64,000 nt of DNA from Deltaproteobacteria bacterium (GTDB lineage Bacteria; Bacillota; Clostridia; Acetivibrionales; UBA4821), in the NCBI GenBank assembly GCA_050258375.1, contig JBLMYQ010000068.1, positions 27,913 through 91,912 of the forward strand, read 5' to 3'. The notes under the pieces are model-generated. The model did no database searches and was not told the origin of the DNA. It was given only the letters and a program-made list of their open reading frames with translations. This document shows positions 37,217-46,206 of this stretch, in pieces. Made by a program: the position numbers and the translations under genes. How positions within the stretch are numbered: the first letter of the stretch is position 1; each line of letters begins with the position of its first letter.

Positions 37217-38347
37217 CTAAATTCTTTTATATAATTTATCTAAGTATTCAGCAATTTTTGTATAGTGATGATACTCTTGTGCATACTGTCTTGATATTTT
37301 ACCAGTATCCTTCCACTTAGATTCATTATCTAGCAAATCTTTTATTACTGAATAAATGTTATCAATGTTTGCATTAATCACAGGATGCTTATGCGGTAAA
37401 ATAGCTTCAACTTCAGGGCGTATATATGTAACAACAGGCTTACCTATTGACATACATTCAACCGCAGTCGACCCATACCAGCCTGCCCTAAGCTGATCAA
37501 TTACAATGTCTGCCTGAGCCTGAAAATATTTTAAATCATTGCTTTCTATATTGTCAAAAAAAATGAACTCTACCTTATACCCTTCTGACTGCAATCTTTC
37601 TACCGCTTCTTTTATATATTGTGTTCCCTTAACATCCCCTCTAGTCTGGCTATTGCCAAAAGAGTGATATATTAATGTCTTTTCTGTTTTAGGAAGTCTA
37701 AATTCAGCAGGTATTTCATCATAACTTATGGGTTTCCATTCATTACAATCTATTGGATTATCTATCCATGTAATATTTTTATATGATGCTGCTAAATCGC
37801 CATTAGATAAATTCAAATCTGCTAATTCAAAAGCTTTTTGTATTAGTTCTTTTTTTTGAATAGATGTATTACAATCTCGCCTAACTGTTTCTTCACATTC
37901 ATTACACGCCGAATAAGGATAAACAATGTCTACTTGCTCTGTTCTTACATCACATCCCCACCAACTTATTACAACCTTTTTACCCATCTTCTTAAGATAT
38001 TTGATATCATCTAGTCTTTCCCACAAAGAATATATCGGATTTAATAATCCAAACCCACTATGAAAATGAAATATATCATAATTATCAATTGCATAAAGAA
38101 GGAATTCTATTTCTCTTGTTTTATCTACCTGCAAACCATTGGAGCCGTCAATTTGCAAATCAATATCACAGCCTCTTGCAAGCCACTTAAATGGAGCAAA
38201 ATCAAACACCATATAATCAGCATTATATCCCATCGAACGTAAGCCTTTGGCATATAAATATGGCTGATAAAGTGCAACAATTGGCGCTTGTAAAACTCTA
38301 GGCTTAGATATCTTCTTAATATGTATTGCAAAATCTTTTATAAACAT
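37217..38347 (-). CDS. Putative GT-B fold glycosyltransferase
   Basis: 376 aa. C-terminal ...LRAGWYGSTAVECMSIGKPVVTYI resembles the GT1/GT4 nucleotide-binding helix region. Overlaps the wzm stop, suggesting translational coupling. Confidence 0.5.
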   Translation of the reverse strand: MFIKDFAIHIKKISKPRVLQAPIVALYQPYLYAKGLRSMGYNADYMVFDFAPFKWLARGCDIDLQIDGSNGLQVDKTREIEFLLYAIDNYDIFHFHSGFGLLNPIYSLWERLDDIKYLKKMGKKVVISWWGCDVRTEQVDIVYPYSACNECEETVRRDCNTSIQKKELIQKAFELADLNLSNGDLAASYKNITWIDNPIDCNEWKPISYDEIPAEFRLPKTEKTLIYHSFGNSQTRGDVKGTQYIKEAVERLQSEGYKVEFIFFDNIESNDLKYFQAQADIVIDQLRAGWYGSTAVECMSIGKPVVTYIRPEVEAILPHKHPVINANIDNIYSVIKDLLDNESKWKDTGKISRQYAQEYHHYTKIAEYLDKLYKRI

Positions 38348-39126
38348 GATTGAAAATATCCTTTCAACTTTCTAAAAAATCTCAATCCAAATACCCAGAG
38401 AAATAAAGATATAAGTATAAGATAACCAACTCCCCAAAAATCAGGAGGATGCTTTCCTACAATTACTTGCCTGAAGGAATTTGCAATCTGGTATAAAGGA
38501 TTATAGAAGTTAATATTCCTTATTATTGGCGGCATCATTTCTAAGGGGTAAAATATTGGAGTAAAAAACACCAATATTAATAATACTGAAGATACAATTT
38601 GAAGTACATCTCGAACAAAAACATGAAGAGCAGATAAAAAAAATCCTACTCCTATCAAAAAGAACATTTGCAAAGGTATCAATAATATTAGCCAAAGTAT
38701 ATTCAGACTAAGTCCTGTTCCTTCAATAATCAAAAGTGGAACAAGTACCAAAAAACCAACTGCCATAGGAAATATACCCATTAAAGTTGAAGCCATTGGC
38801 AGCAATTCAACCTTAAATACTATATTTTTTACTAAAGCTGTTCCACTTACAACTGAAGATGTAGCTGTTAATATTCCCTCTGATATTGCCAACCAGGGTG
38901 CATAACCGCTTGTAAGCCAAATAACAAATGTTAAAGATTTATCACTTCCAGGCATTTTTGAATTAAATACAAACCCAAATACATATATATATATTCCAAA
39001 TAACAGAAGTGGATTAATTATTGACCATAGCATTCCAATTCTTGAGCCTAAATATTTATCCCTTACATACATTTTAAATAGATTTACTACTATTCTAAAA
39101 TCCTCTTTGTTAAAACCGAAAAACAT
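38338..39126 (-). CDS. wzm: ABC-2 type polysaccharide exporter permease
   Basis: Six hydrophobic segments; typical Wzm N-terminus ...YVRDKYLGSRIGMLWSIINPLL. Start set at the ATG at 39126 (AAGGGGA SD 6 nt upstream), 2 nt after the wzt stop. Confidence 0.85.
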   Translation of the reverse strand: MFFGFNKEDFRIVVNLFKMYVRDKYLGSRIGMLWSIINPLLLFGIYIYVFGFVFNSKMPGSDKSLTFVIWLTSGYAPWLAISEGILTATSSVVSGTALVKNIVFKVELLPMASTLMGIFPMAVGFLVLVPLLIIEGTGLSLNILWLILLIPLQMFFLIGVGFFLSALHVFVRDVLQIVSSVLLILVFFTPIFYPLEMMPPIIRNINFYNPLYQIANSFRQVIVGKHPPDFWGVGYLILISLFLWVFGLRFFRKLKGYFQSCL

Positions 39127-39128
39127 TT

Positions 39129-40352
39129 TTATTCCCCTTTTATCCATTCATATTTACAATAGTAATCTGGCTTTGAAGCATTAAATATAACAAGGTTAAC
39201 TACTTTTACTACCGTAGCCTCCTTAGCAACTGCTATTCCACTACTATCCAATACCTCACACAAAACTTCATAAACACCTTCACTGAATTTAATATCTCCT
39301 ACTTTTACATCGATATTTATCCTATTCCCTTTTAATATTGGAGGCAGCTTAGCTCCATCTTGAGATGCCAAGTTTTGCATTATTAATGTTCCGTCCATTT
39401 TTATTAGCGAAAGCCTAATATCCCACTCTAATAAATCATCCACTCCCTCTATCACAACATGAACCATTAATTCCTCATATAACTCAAAAATTGTTTTTTT
39501 CTGCATATCTGATGAGACTAAATAATAATCATTTATCTTTACAGCGCCCTTTAATTTGCTTGTTTCAACTCTAATGATAAGCTTATTATTTAGTTCTTCC
39601 TCTTCCTTTTTTTTAACCGATTCAATATAAGCCCTTGTAACAGAAAGAGAATCTCCATCCATGATAATCTTTCCTTTATCTAACCAAATAGTTCTATCTG
39701 CCATTGATGTGATAGTACCCATTGCATGGGATACAACAATTAGAATTTTTCCTTTTGAGCATAACTCTTGAATTTTTTTTGCAGATTTTAATGCAAAATC
39801 TGCATCACCAACCCCTAGAACCTCATCAATTATTAATATCTCAGGCTCAACGAAAGATAACATTGCAAATGACAACCTTGCCTTCATACCAGATGAATAT
39901 GTTCTAACAGGCTTATTAATATACTCTCCTATATCAGCAAATTCAATAATTTCATTTAAAAGTTTGTCCACTTCGCTTTTAGTCTTGCCATGCAGTTCTC
40001 CCTCAGTATAAATATTTTCTATACCAGTCAGTTCTTCTCTAATACCAACTCCAAGCGTCATTATGGCATTTATTTTTCCATTAATTTTTATATCACCGCT
40101 GCTTTGTTCAGCGAACCCGCCAATAAGGCTTAGCAGCGTAGACTTTCCAGCTCCATTCGGGCCAATAATCCCTACCCTTTCTCCTTCATTTATCTCAATA
40201 TTAATATTTTCTAATGCTATAAAATTATTAGCTTTATTCTCATTTGATATTGCAGTCTGCTTAAAAGTTTTAATATTTTTAATAACTGAGGATTTATTTA
40301 TGGCAAAAATTTTATAGACATCATTCATTTTTATAAATAATTTATCTGCCAT
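39129..40352 (-). CDS. wzt: Polysaccharide ABC exporter ATP-binding protein with a C-terminal Wzt_C-like glycan-binding domain (copy 2)
   Basis: 407 aa. Walker A GPNGAGKST, signature YSSGMKARLSFA, Walker B LIIDEVLGVGD, H-loop VSHA. About 150-aa C-terminal beta-rich domain with FSEGVYEVLCEV. Confidence 0.85.
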   Translation of the reverse strand: MADKLFIKMNDVYKIFAINKSSVIKNIKTFKQTAISNENKANNFIALENINIEINEGERVGIIGPNGAGKSTLLSLIGGFAEQSSGDIKINGKINAIMTLGVGIREELTGIENIYTEGELHGKTKSEVDKLLNEIIEFADIGEYINKPVRTYSSGMKARLSFAMLSFVEPEILIIDEVLGVGDADFALKSAKKIQELCSKGKILIVVSHAMGTITSMADRTIWLDKGKIIMDGDSLSVTRAYIESVKKKEEEELNNKLIIRVETSKLKGAVKINDYYLVSSDMQKKTIFELYEELMVHVVIEGVDDLLEWDIRLSLIKMDGTLIMQNLASQDGAKLPPILKGNRINIDVKVGDIKFSEGVYEVLCEVLDSSGIAVAKEATVVKVVNLVIFNASKPDYYCKYEWIKGE

Positions 40353-41488
40353 TTTAGCTCCTTTTTAATTAATTGTTTAGTCTTATTCTCACCCTCAACT
40401 TTGAGCTTAATTGCATTTCCATTTAACCATGTCAAAGCTTCATATCCCTTATCTACAGTTTTCTGACCTTCAACTAACGGTGAAGAAAGGAATAAACAAA
40501 GTAAATATTCTCCAGGTGCCAGATAAAAATCCTGGATAACTAATGATATATTATTAGTTTTAGGTTTATCTATTTCTATATTTTTACTTCCAGTCATTGC
40601 CAAAGACCATCCAATTCCTTCTATATGTCTTTCAATAGAGAAGGCTACTGAAAAGCGATTTTCTACACATTTTTTATGTTTTTTTACTTGAAACTTATAT
40701 ATTAATGGCTTTCCCGATGTTGCAAATGCGATATTTTCAGTCATTTCTTTCTTATTTAAAAAGGTTATCTCATCAGATTCTATAAAAGGTATATTTAAAT
40801 ATTTTTGAACCGCTTTATAGGTTTCACCTATATAATCTATACCTTGCTTTGAGAGAACAACAGTCCTTTTACACAATTTCATTAAAGATGTCCAATCATG
40901 AGACACGATAATTCCTGTTGCACCGGCTGACAAAAAAGAACGCAACCTATTCCATGCCTTACCTTGAAAGTATTCATCTCCTACAACTAAAAATTCATCA
41001 ACCAAAATAATTTTTGCAGGTATTGCAGTAGCTACCCCAAAAAGCAATTTCGCCTTCATTCCTGATGAATATGTTCTTATTGGCTCATGAAAGAAATCTC
41101 CTAATTCAGTAAACTCACAAACAGATTTTATTATGTTATTTAATCTTTCTCCTTTTAATCCTCTAAAGCGGAAATAATCTCTACAATAATTTTCTCCAGT
41201 GAGTTCCACGTTAAAGAAGGAACCCAATTCAAAAATGGAAACAATGTCCCCTTCGGTTATCAGTTTACCACTATCTTTATCATAAACTCCACCTATTAAC
41301 TTTAGTAAAGTTGATTTGCCTACTCCATTTTTGCCAATGATACCAAGCAGTTCACCAGCTTCAACCTCAAAAGAAATATCATTTAATATTAAAATCCTTT
41401 TTTGCTTTGTAGAAAGGATAGATCTTATTGTAGGTCTTTTATCATCTAGAAATGATTTATATACGTTTTCTAATTTAATTAGTCCTAT
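40331..41488 (-). CDS. wzt: Second Wzt-type ABC ATPase (copy 1) with a divergent C-terminal domain; no canonical start codon, ATA start proposed
   Basis: The track ORF starts at TTG 41227, downstream of the Walker A. The same frame is open to a TAG at 41504-41506 and encodes IGLIKLENVYKSF...GKNGVGKST (Walker A), then YSSGMKAKLLFG, ILVDEFLVVGD, VSHD. No ATG/GTG/TTG lies between 41503 and 41228. SD AGGAAGAGG ends 8 nt before the ATA at 41486-41488. Confidence 0.6.
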   Translation of the reverse strand: MGLIKLENVYKSFLDDKRPTIRSILSTKQKRILILNDISFEVEAGELLGIIGKNGVGKSTLLKLIGGVYDKDSGKLITEGDIVSIFELGSFFNVELTGENYCRDYFRFRGLKGERLNNIIKSVCEFTELGDFFHEPIRTYSSGMKAKLLFGVATAIPAKIILVDEFLVVGDEYFQGKAWNRLRSFLSAGATGIIVSHDWTSLMKLCKRTVVLSKQGIDYIGETYKAVQKYLNIPFIESDEITFLNKKEMTENIAFATSGKPLIYKFQVKKHKKCVENRFSVAFSIERHIEGIGWSLAMTGSKNIEIDKPKTNNISLVIQDFYLAPGEYLLCLFLSSPLVEGQKTVDKGYEALTWLNGNAIKLKVEGENKTKQLIKKELKWQINYL

Positions 41489-41594
41489 TTTACTCGCCTC
41501 TTCCTAACTTTGATAAGAAGAACTTGGCTTAACAAAGTTTTCTAGAATTTATATATAAACCCGAAATTATTCATATCACAATAGTGCCTCAACA

Positions 41595-41624
41595 ATTATA
41601 TTCTTACTTTCATAAACTTTGCAA
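41595..41624 (-). promoter_or_regulatory. Candidate sigma-A-type promoter (TTGCAA-18 nt-TATAAT) upstream of the wzt pair
   Basis: On the minus strand, -35 TTGCAA (41619-41624) and -10 TATAAT (41595-41600), in the 237-nt AT-rich gap between wbqC-like and wzt copy 1. Confidence 0.3.
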
Positions 41625-41725
41625 TATAATGTTATACTTTTTCCATTTTTTCTATTTTAAATAAATTAAATTCAGTTATAAATCAAATACATATTTTTAT
41701 TTATAAACTTTTATTATATTCCTAC

Positions 41726-42433
41726 TTACTTACATTTTAGTAAGTCCTTTGTATTTTGAAAGCCACAGTTAAAAAGCATATCAATTATTGATAAACCCGC
41801 AATAAAGTTCTCTGATTTTAATTGGGAATATACCGGATGGCAAAAATTCTGATAAATAAGTTTAATACCTGCCTCAGAAAACTTTTCATCCTCTTGATAA
41901 CCTGATGCACCATTTCCGCAGATATAGGAATCTCCCCCAACACTTTTTACTATCTCTATTAGTAAATCAGTCGATGTTATACTTTCAGATATATTTAATT
42001 CAGATTGTAAAACAAAAGAAGAATTTAAATTTAATCTATTACATATTTGATTTATATTTGCCATGTTATATTCAGCAAGAGAATTAAAATCTTTATTTAA
42101 TATGTGGTTATACCAATCAATCACTTGATTATAGTAAAAACTTTTCTTATAATTGTATTCAATTGTTTTAAATAGTTTTTGTCTCCAATTAATCGTATTA
42201 TCTATTTCAATATCTTTTATCAATTGTCTTCCATGCTCTCTAATAACGGGGCATCTTATCCAGTTTGGTTTCCCATTTATCATTAACTTAACCCGATTAG
42301 TCCAACTACTCATTGTATTACCGCTTTTGGGATAATCTATATTATCCATAAATACGAAAATATCTGCCTTAGAAATTTTATCAAAATAACCAAGCCAAGG
42401 AAAAAAATTAGGTTGGTGTATAGCTACTTTCAT
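41726..42433 (-). CDS. WbqC-family protein
   Basis: 235 aa. MKVAIHQPNFFPWLGYFDKI is the characteristic WbqC-like N-terminus. Confidence 0.8.
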   Translation of the reverse strand: MKVAIHQPNFFPWLGYFDKISKADIFVFMDNIDYPKSGNTMSSWTNRVKLMINGKPNWIRCPVIREHGRQLIKDIEIDNTINWRQKLFKTIEYNYKKSFYYNQVIDWYNHILNKDFNSLAEYNMANINQICNRLNLNSSFVLQSELNISESITSTDLLIEIVKSVGGDSYICGNGASGYQEDEKFSEAGIKLIYQNFCHPVYSQLKSENFIAGLSIIDMLFNCGFQNTKDLLKCK

Positions 42434-42986
42434 TTAGCAATTTCTCCTTTTCTTTAAACAACACTTCTATTTTAGTATCTGTAAAGTTATTAGCCATGAC
42501 AATTTGCTGTGAGTCTTTACTCACATAATCATCAAATTTTCTTTCTCTAGTAATAACATACTGGGAAAGCTCGTTGTGGGTTAAGGCTTTAAACCCTAGT
42601 TTTTTATATAACTTTTCTGCCCTAATATTGTCTTTCTCCAATTCTATAGTTGCTATCTCAATTTTTTTATTATTAAATTCTTTTAATTGCTCCGTCAGAA
42701 CCATTTCTCCCAAACCTTGTCTCTGGAACAAAGGATGAATCGCTACTCTTGATATGTGTGCCCATTTATCTTTGAACTCATAGGCAATACTGTATCCTGC
42801 TAATTCTCTATTCTTAAGCATTGCTAAACTTAATACAAATTTATTAGGTAGTTTATAGAGGAAAGCCTCTTCTGTCCATGCATTATGTGTATTTTCTTCC
42901 TTTAAAAATGCGTTATGATCAAGTTCAGCAAATTTTATAGAAGAAATTATTTTTAATGCACTTTCCATGCTAAGAAATTCTATCAA
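42408..42986 (-). CDS. GNAT-family N-acetyltransferase
   Basis: 192 aa. ...RVAIHPLFQRQGLGEMVL... acetyl-CoA binding motif (Q/RxxGxG). TTG start with GGAGGA SD. Confidence 0.75.
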   Translation of the reverse strand: MIEFLSMESALKIISSIKFAELDHNAFLKEENTHNAWTEEAFLYKLPNKFVLSLAMLKNRELAGYSIAYEFKDKWAHISRVAIHPLFQRQGLGEMVLTEQLKEFNNKKIEIATIELEKDNIRAEKLYKKLGFKALTHNELSQYVITRERKFDDYVSKDSQQIVMANNFTDTKIEVLFKEKEKLLNESSYTPT

Positions 42987-43019
42987 AATAAAAATCCTCC
43001 ATTATCGAAATATTGTATG

Positions 43020-43766
43020 TCATCTTATATTTTCTCTATTATTTTTCTCTAATACTTGATCATATTTAGCATGTGACTTTTCTGTTCTTCCGTCTATACA
43101 CCTTGAAATTCTATCTCGCGGGCTCATAACATCAGGAGTCCAGCACTCAGGATGTGTTAATACTTGCAGCCGTTCATCTTGAGCAAGCTCTAATATATCA
43201 CCTAACCGCTTATGTCTCCAATACCCATTCGAATCCGAGCAGTAACCAAACTTTTTCTTGAAATAATCTGAATATGTATTTATCATTCCTGCAATTTCTT
43301 CATTTCCAACCTTTGTCCAATCCTCGTTTATATCTGGATTATGAAAAGAGAATACTTTAATTTCTTTATTAAATACAGCTTCCAGAAATTCTTTTTCAAT
43401 TCTTAAGTATCTTTCTAATTCCAAAACATCTTTACTTTTTAAACAATAAAAAGAAGTATCAAAATGCAATCCTATTTCATGTCCCATATTAATAATATTT
43501 CTAATTAATTCTGAAACTTCTGATTCTAGGGCATTGTAATAATCATTATGTAAATGAATAAAAAATGTCGATTTAATTTTTTCTTCTAATTCTATACTGG
43601 CAAGTTTAAAGGCACGATGAACGGAAAAATCTATATCATGCCTCCATAATATGTTTTTCCCTTCTTTTCTATAATCCTCGAAACTTATAAAATTATAATT
43701 CTTTTTGGCTAATATTAAAATTTTCCGATAATTAGACTCAGTAAAATCTTCAAAATAATAGTTCAT
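43020..43766 (-). CDS. Polysaccharide deacetylase-like protein (divergent NodB/CE4 superfamily)
   Basis: 248 aa. WRHDIDFS (the TFDD-motif equivalent) and GHEIGLHFD (the HxxxH-motif equivalent). Confidence 0.55.
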   Translation of the reverse strand: MNYYFEDFTESNYRKILILAKKNYNFISFEDYRKEGKNILWRHDIDFSVHRAFKLASIELEEKIKSTFFIHLHNDYYNALESEVSELIRNIINMGHEIGLHFDTSFYCLKSKDVLELERYLRIEKEFLEAVFNKEIKVFSFHNPDINEDWTKVGNEEIAGMINTYSDYFKKKFGYCSDSNGYWRHKRLGDILELAQDERLQVLTHPECWTPDVMSPRDRISRCIDGRTEKSHAKYDQVLEKNNRENIR

Positions 43767-43812
43767 ACAAACGCTCTTACCTTTCGAGACATCTAATTTA
43801 TTCTTATTAGAA

Positions 43813-44673
43813 TTATTTTTTAGCTTTTAGTTTGTATCCCATAACATGTCCAATTCTATCAACATCTGGTATTATATTTGAAATTTGCCTAGCAATAGTA
43901 TTAATTTTTGCATCAAACATTGGTTTCTCTGGATATGTTAATAATGGATGTATAACCCTGCTTATTAAATAATACATACCGAAGAACTGAATCTTTTCTA
44001 TTTCAAACATGGGAGATAAAAATTCATTTAATTGTTTTTCATTAAATTTCAAAGAACCTGCGTTGTCTTTAGAAACAGTAGGTATTAAATCAAGTCCCAT
44101 TTTCTCTCGTATATAATTTAACCTTTCAAGACCATCTTCTGTTCCTTCTACCATTACATATATTCCGTCATCTTTTAACACCCTATAAACTTCTTTTATT
44201 GTATCATATTGCATCTCCCTGCTTGGAAGATTTAAGAGACACCGCTCACTTAGTACACAATCAAACATGTTATCTTCAAACGGTAATTTTCTTACATCTC
44301 CTTGAATAAACTCCGGTATACTTTTTAATTCTGTTCTAAATTTTTCAATTAATTTTTGTGCTCCTAATAACATATTTTCCGAAAAATCCATTCCTACGTA
44401 CTCTGATTCTATATGTCTAGCAAGAGAAATTAATGAGTAACCATTCCCACATCCAATATCTAAGACTTTCCCTGAATTCAAATTTTCTTTAATAAAATCA
44501 ATTTCTAGTTCTCTAAGATTAAAATCAGGGGATGTTGCATATATCTCATCAGTCTTTCTTTCTTGATAAATATTCTGAATAAAATCAACTTTTTGTTCCT
44601 CTTTTAATTTTTTATATTTTTCGACTACACTATGTTCTTCCATTTGTTTTTCAATATTTTTTTTATACTCCAT
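43813..44673 (-). CDS. Class I SAM-dependent methyltransferase
   Basis: VLDIGCGNGY motif I; later DCVLSERCL and GIYVMVE. Start set at the ATG at 44673 (GGAGG SD 5 nt upstream) rather than the overlapping 44748. Confidence 0.8.
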   Translation of the reverse strand: MEYKKNIEKQMEEHSVVEKYKKLKEEQKVDFIQNIYQERKTDEIYATSPDFNLRELEIDFIKENLNSGKVLDIGCGNGYSLISLARHIESEYVGMDFSENMLLGAQKLIEKFRTELKSIPEFIQGDVRKLPFEDNMFDCVLSERCLLNLPSREMQYDTIKEVYRVLKDDGIYVMVEGTEDGLERLNYIREKMGLDLIPTVSKDNAGSLKFNEKQLNEFLSPMFEIEKIQFFGMYYLISRVIHPLLTYPEKPMFDAKINTIARQISNIIPDVDRIGHVMGYKLKAKK

Positions 44674-44692
44674 TTCTGCCTCCAAAAATAAT

Positions 44693-45445
44693 TTAAACTT
44701 TAATATCACATATTTTTCTAAATTCCATTTTCCTTTTTTGTACCTCATTAATTAAATCTATTAAAAAATTTTTAGAACCGTAATCTTCAAAATTCCTATG
44801 TTTTTCTAACTTAAATTTATCTTTGTGTACATCTCTTGACTTCTCATATCTTTCACTTTTTTCTGTGTTTAGAAAAATATGAATTGGATGAAAATTAAAA
44901 ACCTTTAAACCCTCTTTGTCTAAAAATCGAGTTATATCCCAGTTAGTTTCAAGTCCTCTTTCAATTGCAAGATATTGTGCAGAATCCTCCCATTTGTATG
45001 GCACTCTTATTATTCCATTAAAGCTTCTATACGGCTTTAGGATAATTCCACTATACTCTGGTATAAATAAGTTCACTTCATGTGTTAAACCGTATTTTCC
45101 AAATACATCGATAATCCTTGAACTCTGAGTTAATGAATGTGATCTTACAGCTTTAGCATTCGGCACAATCATTTTTATTAATTCTATAATATCACTTGCA
45201 CTAATGCCATTAGTCTCGCCATCAATAAGATTATTAAAATTAGGATGTATTCCGAGTTCAATTAATTTATTTTCTTTCATTTTTTCTAAAATTGGAGAAT
45301 CATGAGTCACAAAAATTGTTGCCGGTACGTTCTTATCTTTTAATATTTCAAGGGTCTCATTTACAACATCATCACAAGCCCAATCTATATCAAAAGTTAA
45401 AAAAACCGCATTGTTATATTCTTCAAAATTCTTTTCGACGTTCAT
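44693..45445 (-). CDS. WbmS-like polysaccharide deacetylase family protein
   Basis: 250 aa. AVFLTFDIDWACDD...PATIFVTH...ELGIHPNF pattern. Confidence 0.55.
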   Translation of the reverse strand: MNVEKNFEEYNNAVFLTFDIDWACDDVVNETLEILKDKNVPATIFVTHDSPILEKMKENKLIELGIHPNFNNLIDGETNGISASDIIELIKMIVPNAKAVRSHSLTQSSRIIDVFGKYGLTHEVNLFIPEYSGIILKPYRSFNGIIRVPYKWEDSAQYLAIERGLETNWDITRFLDKEGLKVFNFHPIHIFLNTEKSERYEKSRDVHKDKFKLEKHRNFEDYGSKNFLIDLINEVQKRKMEFRKICDIKV

Positions 45446-45447
45446 GA

Positions 45448-46206
45448 TTATATCATATCCTCTTCATCTTTTAATTTGTCTGGTCGCCAAAGCTTAATAC
45501 ATACTTTTTGTCCTTCTACATAAAAAAACGCCGGATAGTCATTAGGATCACATGCTCTAATCTCATTATAAAGAGCTTTAAGAGGTTTGTTCCAATCAAT
45601 TTCAGAATCTTTTGGAGTCCTAATGTAATTGTATACACTAGCCTTATTCTCATTCTGGGGTAATGTCTTAAATTGGCCAGTTTTTAGCATTTGAATTGCC
45701 TTATATAGTAACCCTTGTTCTAGCTCTTGCACTTTTTTATAAACACTTTTTGTTGTATCAAATTTTGATAACTCGAACGCCTGCTGCAATAATATATCTC
45801 CTTTGTCCATTTCTCCTGTAATAAAATGGATTGTAACTCCACTTTGCTTCTCATCGTTAATTATTATATAGGGACCACTTCTGAATCCCCTATATTGTGG
45901 AAGAAGCGTTGGATGCACATTTATTGCATGTTTTGCTTTAGATATAATTTTTTCGCTAAGAATATAGGAAAATCCACATGAAATAAGTGTATCAAAATCT
46001 ATTTTTTCAAGTGTTGATTCAACATTATTTTTATCAACAGAAAAAATCGGAATACCGTATTCAGCTGCTGTTAGGATAACATTTTCAAATCTTCTATTTT
46101 TATCTGAAAGATATGGTGTTATTACTGCTACTACATTCTCTTTTTTTTCAAGTAAATACTTAAGTGCCTTTTCTCTTGCTCCTCCACTCATAAATACTAT
46201 TTTCAT
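45448..46206 (-). CDS. Formyltransferase (Fmt/PurN-like; probable sugar N-formyltransferase)
   Basis: 252 aa. INVHPTLLPQYRGFRS (HxSLLPxxRG motif) and a downstream D in GEMDKGDIL. Confidence 0.8.
   Translation of the reverse strand: MKIVFMSGGAREKALKYLLEKKENVVAVITPYLSDKNRRFENVILTAAEYGIPIFSVDKNNVESTLEKIDFDTLISCGFSYILSEKIISKAKHAINVHPTLLPQYRGFRSGPYIIINDEKQSGVTIHFITGEMDKGDILLQQAFELSKFDTTKSVYKKVQELEQGLLYKAIQMLKTGQFKTLPQNENKASVYNYIRTPKDSEIDWNKPLKALYNEIRACDPNDYPAFFYVEGQKVCIKLWRPDKLKDEEDMI

Noticed and set aside
41316-41507. Plus-strand 63-aa ORF in the apparent gap upstream of the truncated wzt ORF.
   Set aside because: It is the antisense of the Walker-A-encoding N-terminus of wzt copy 1. The minus-strand frame there is open and encodes canonical ABC motifs.
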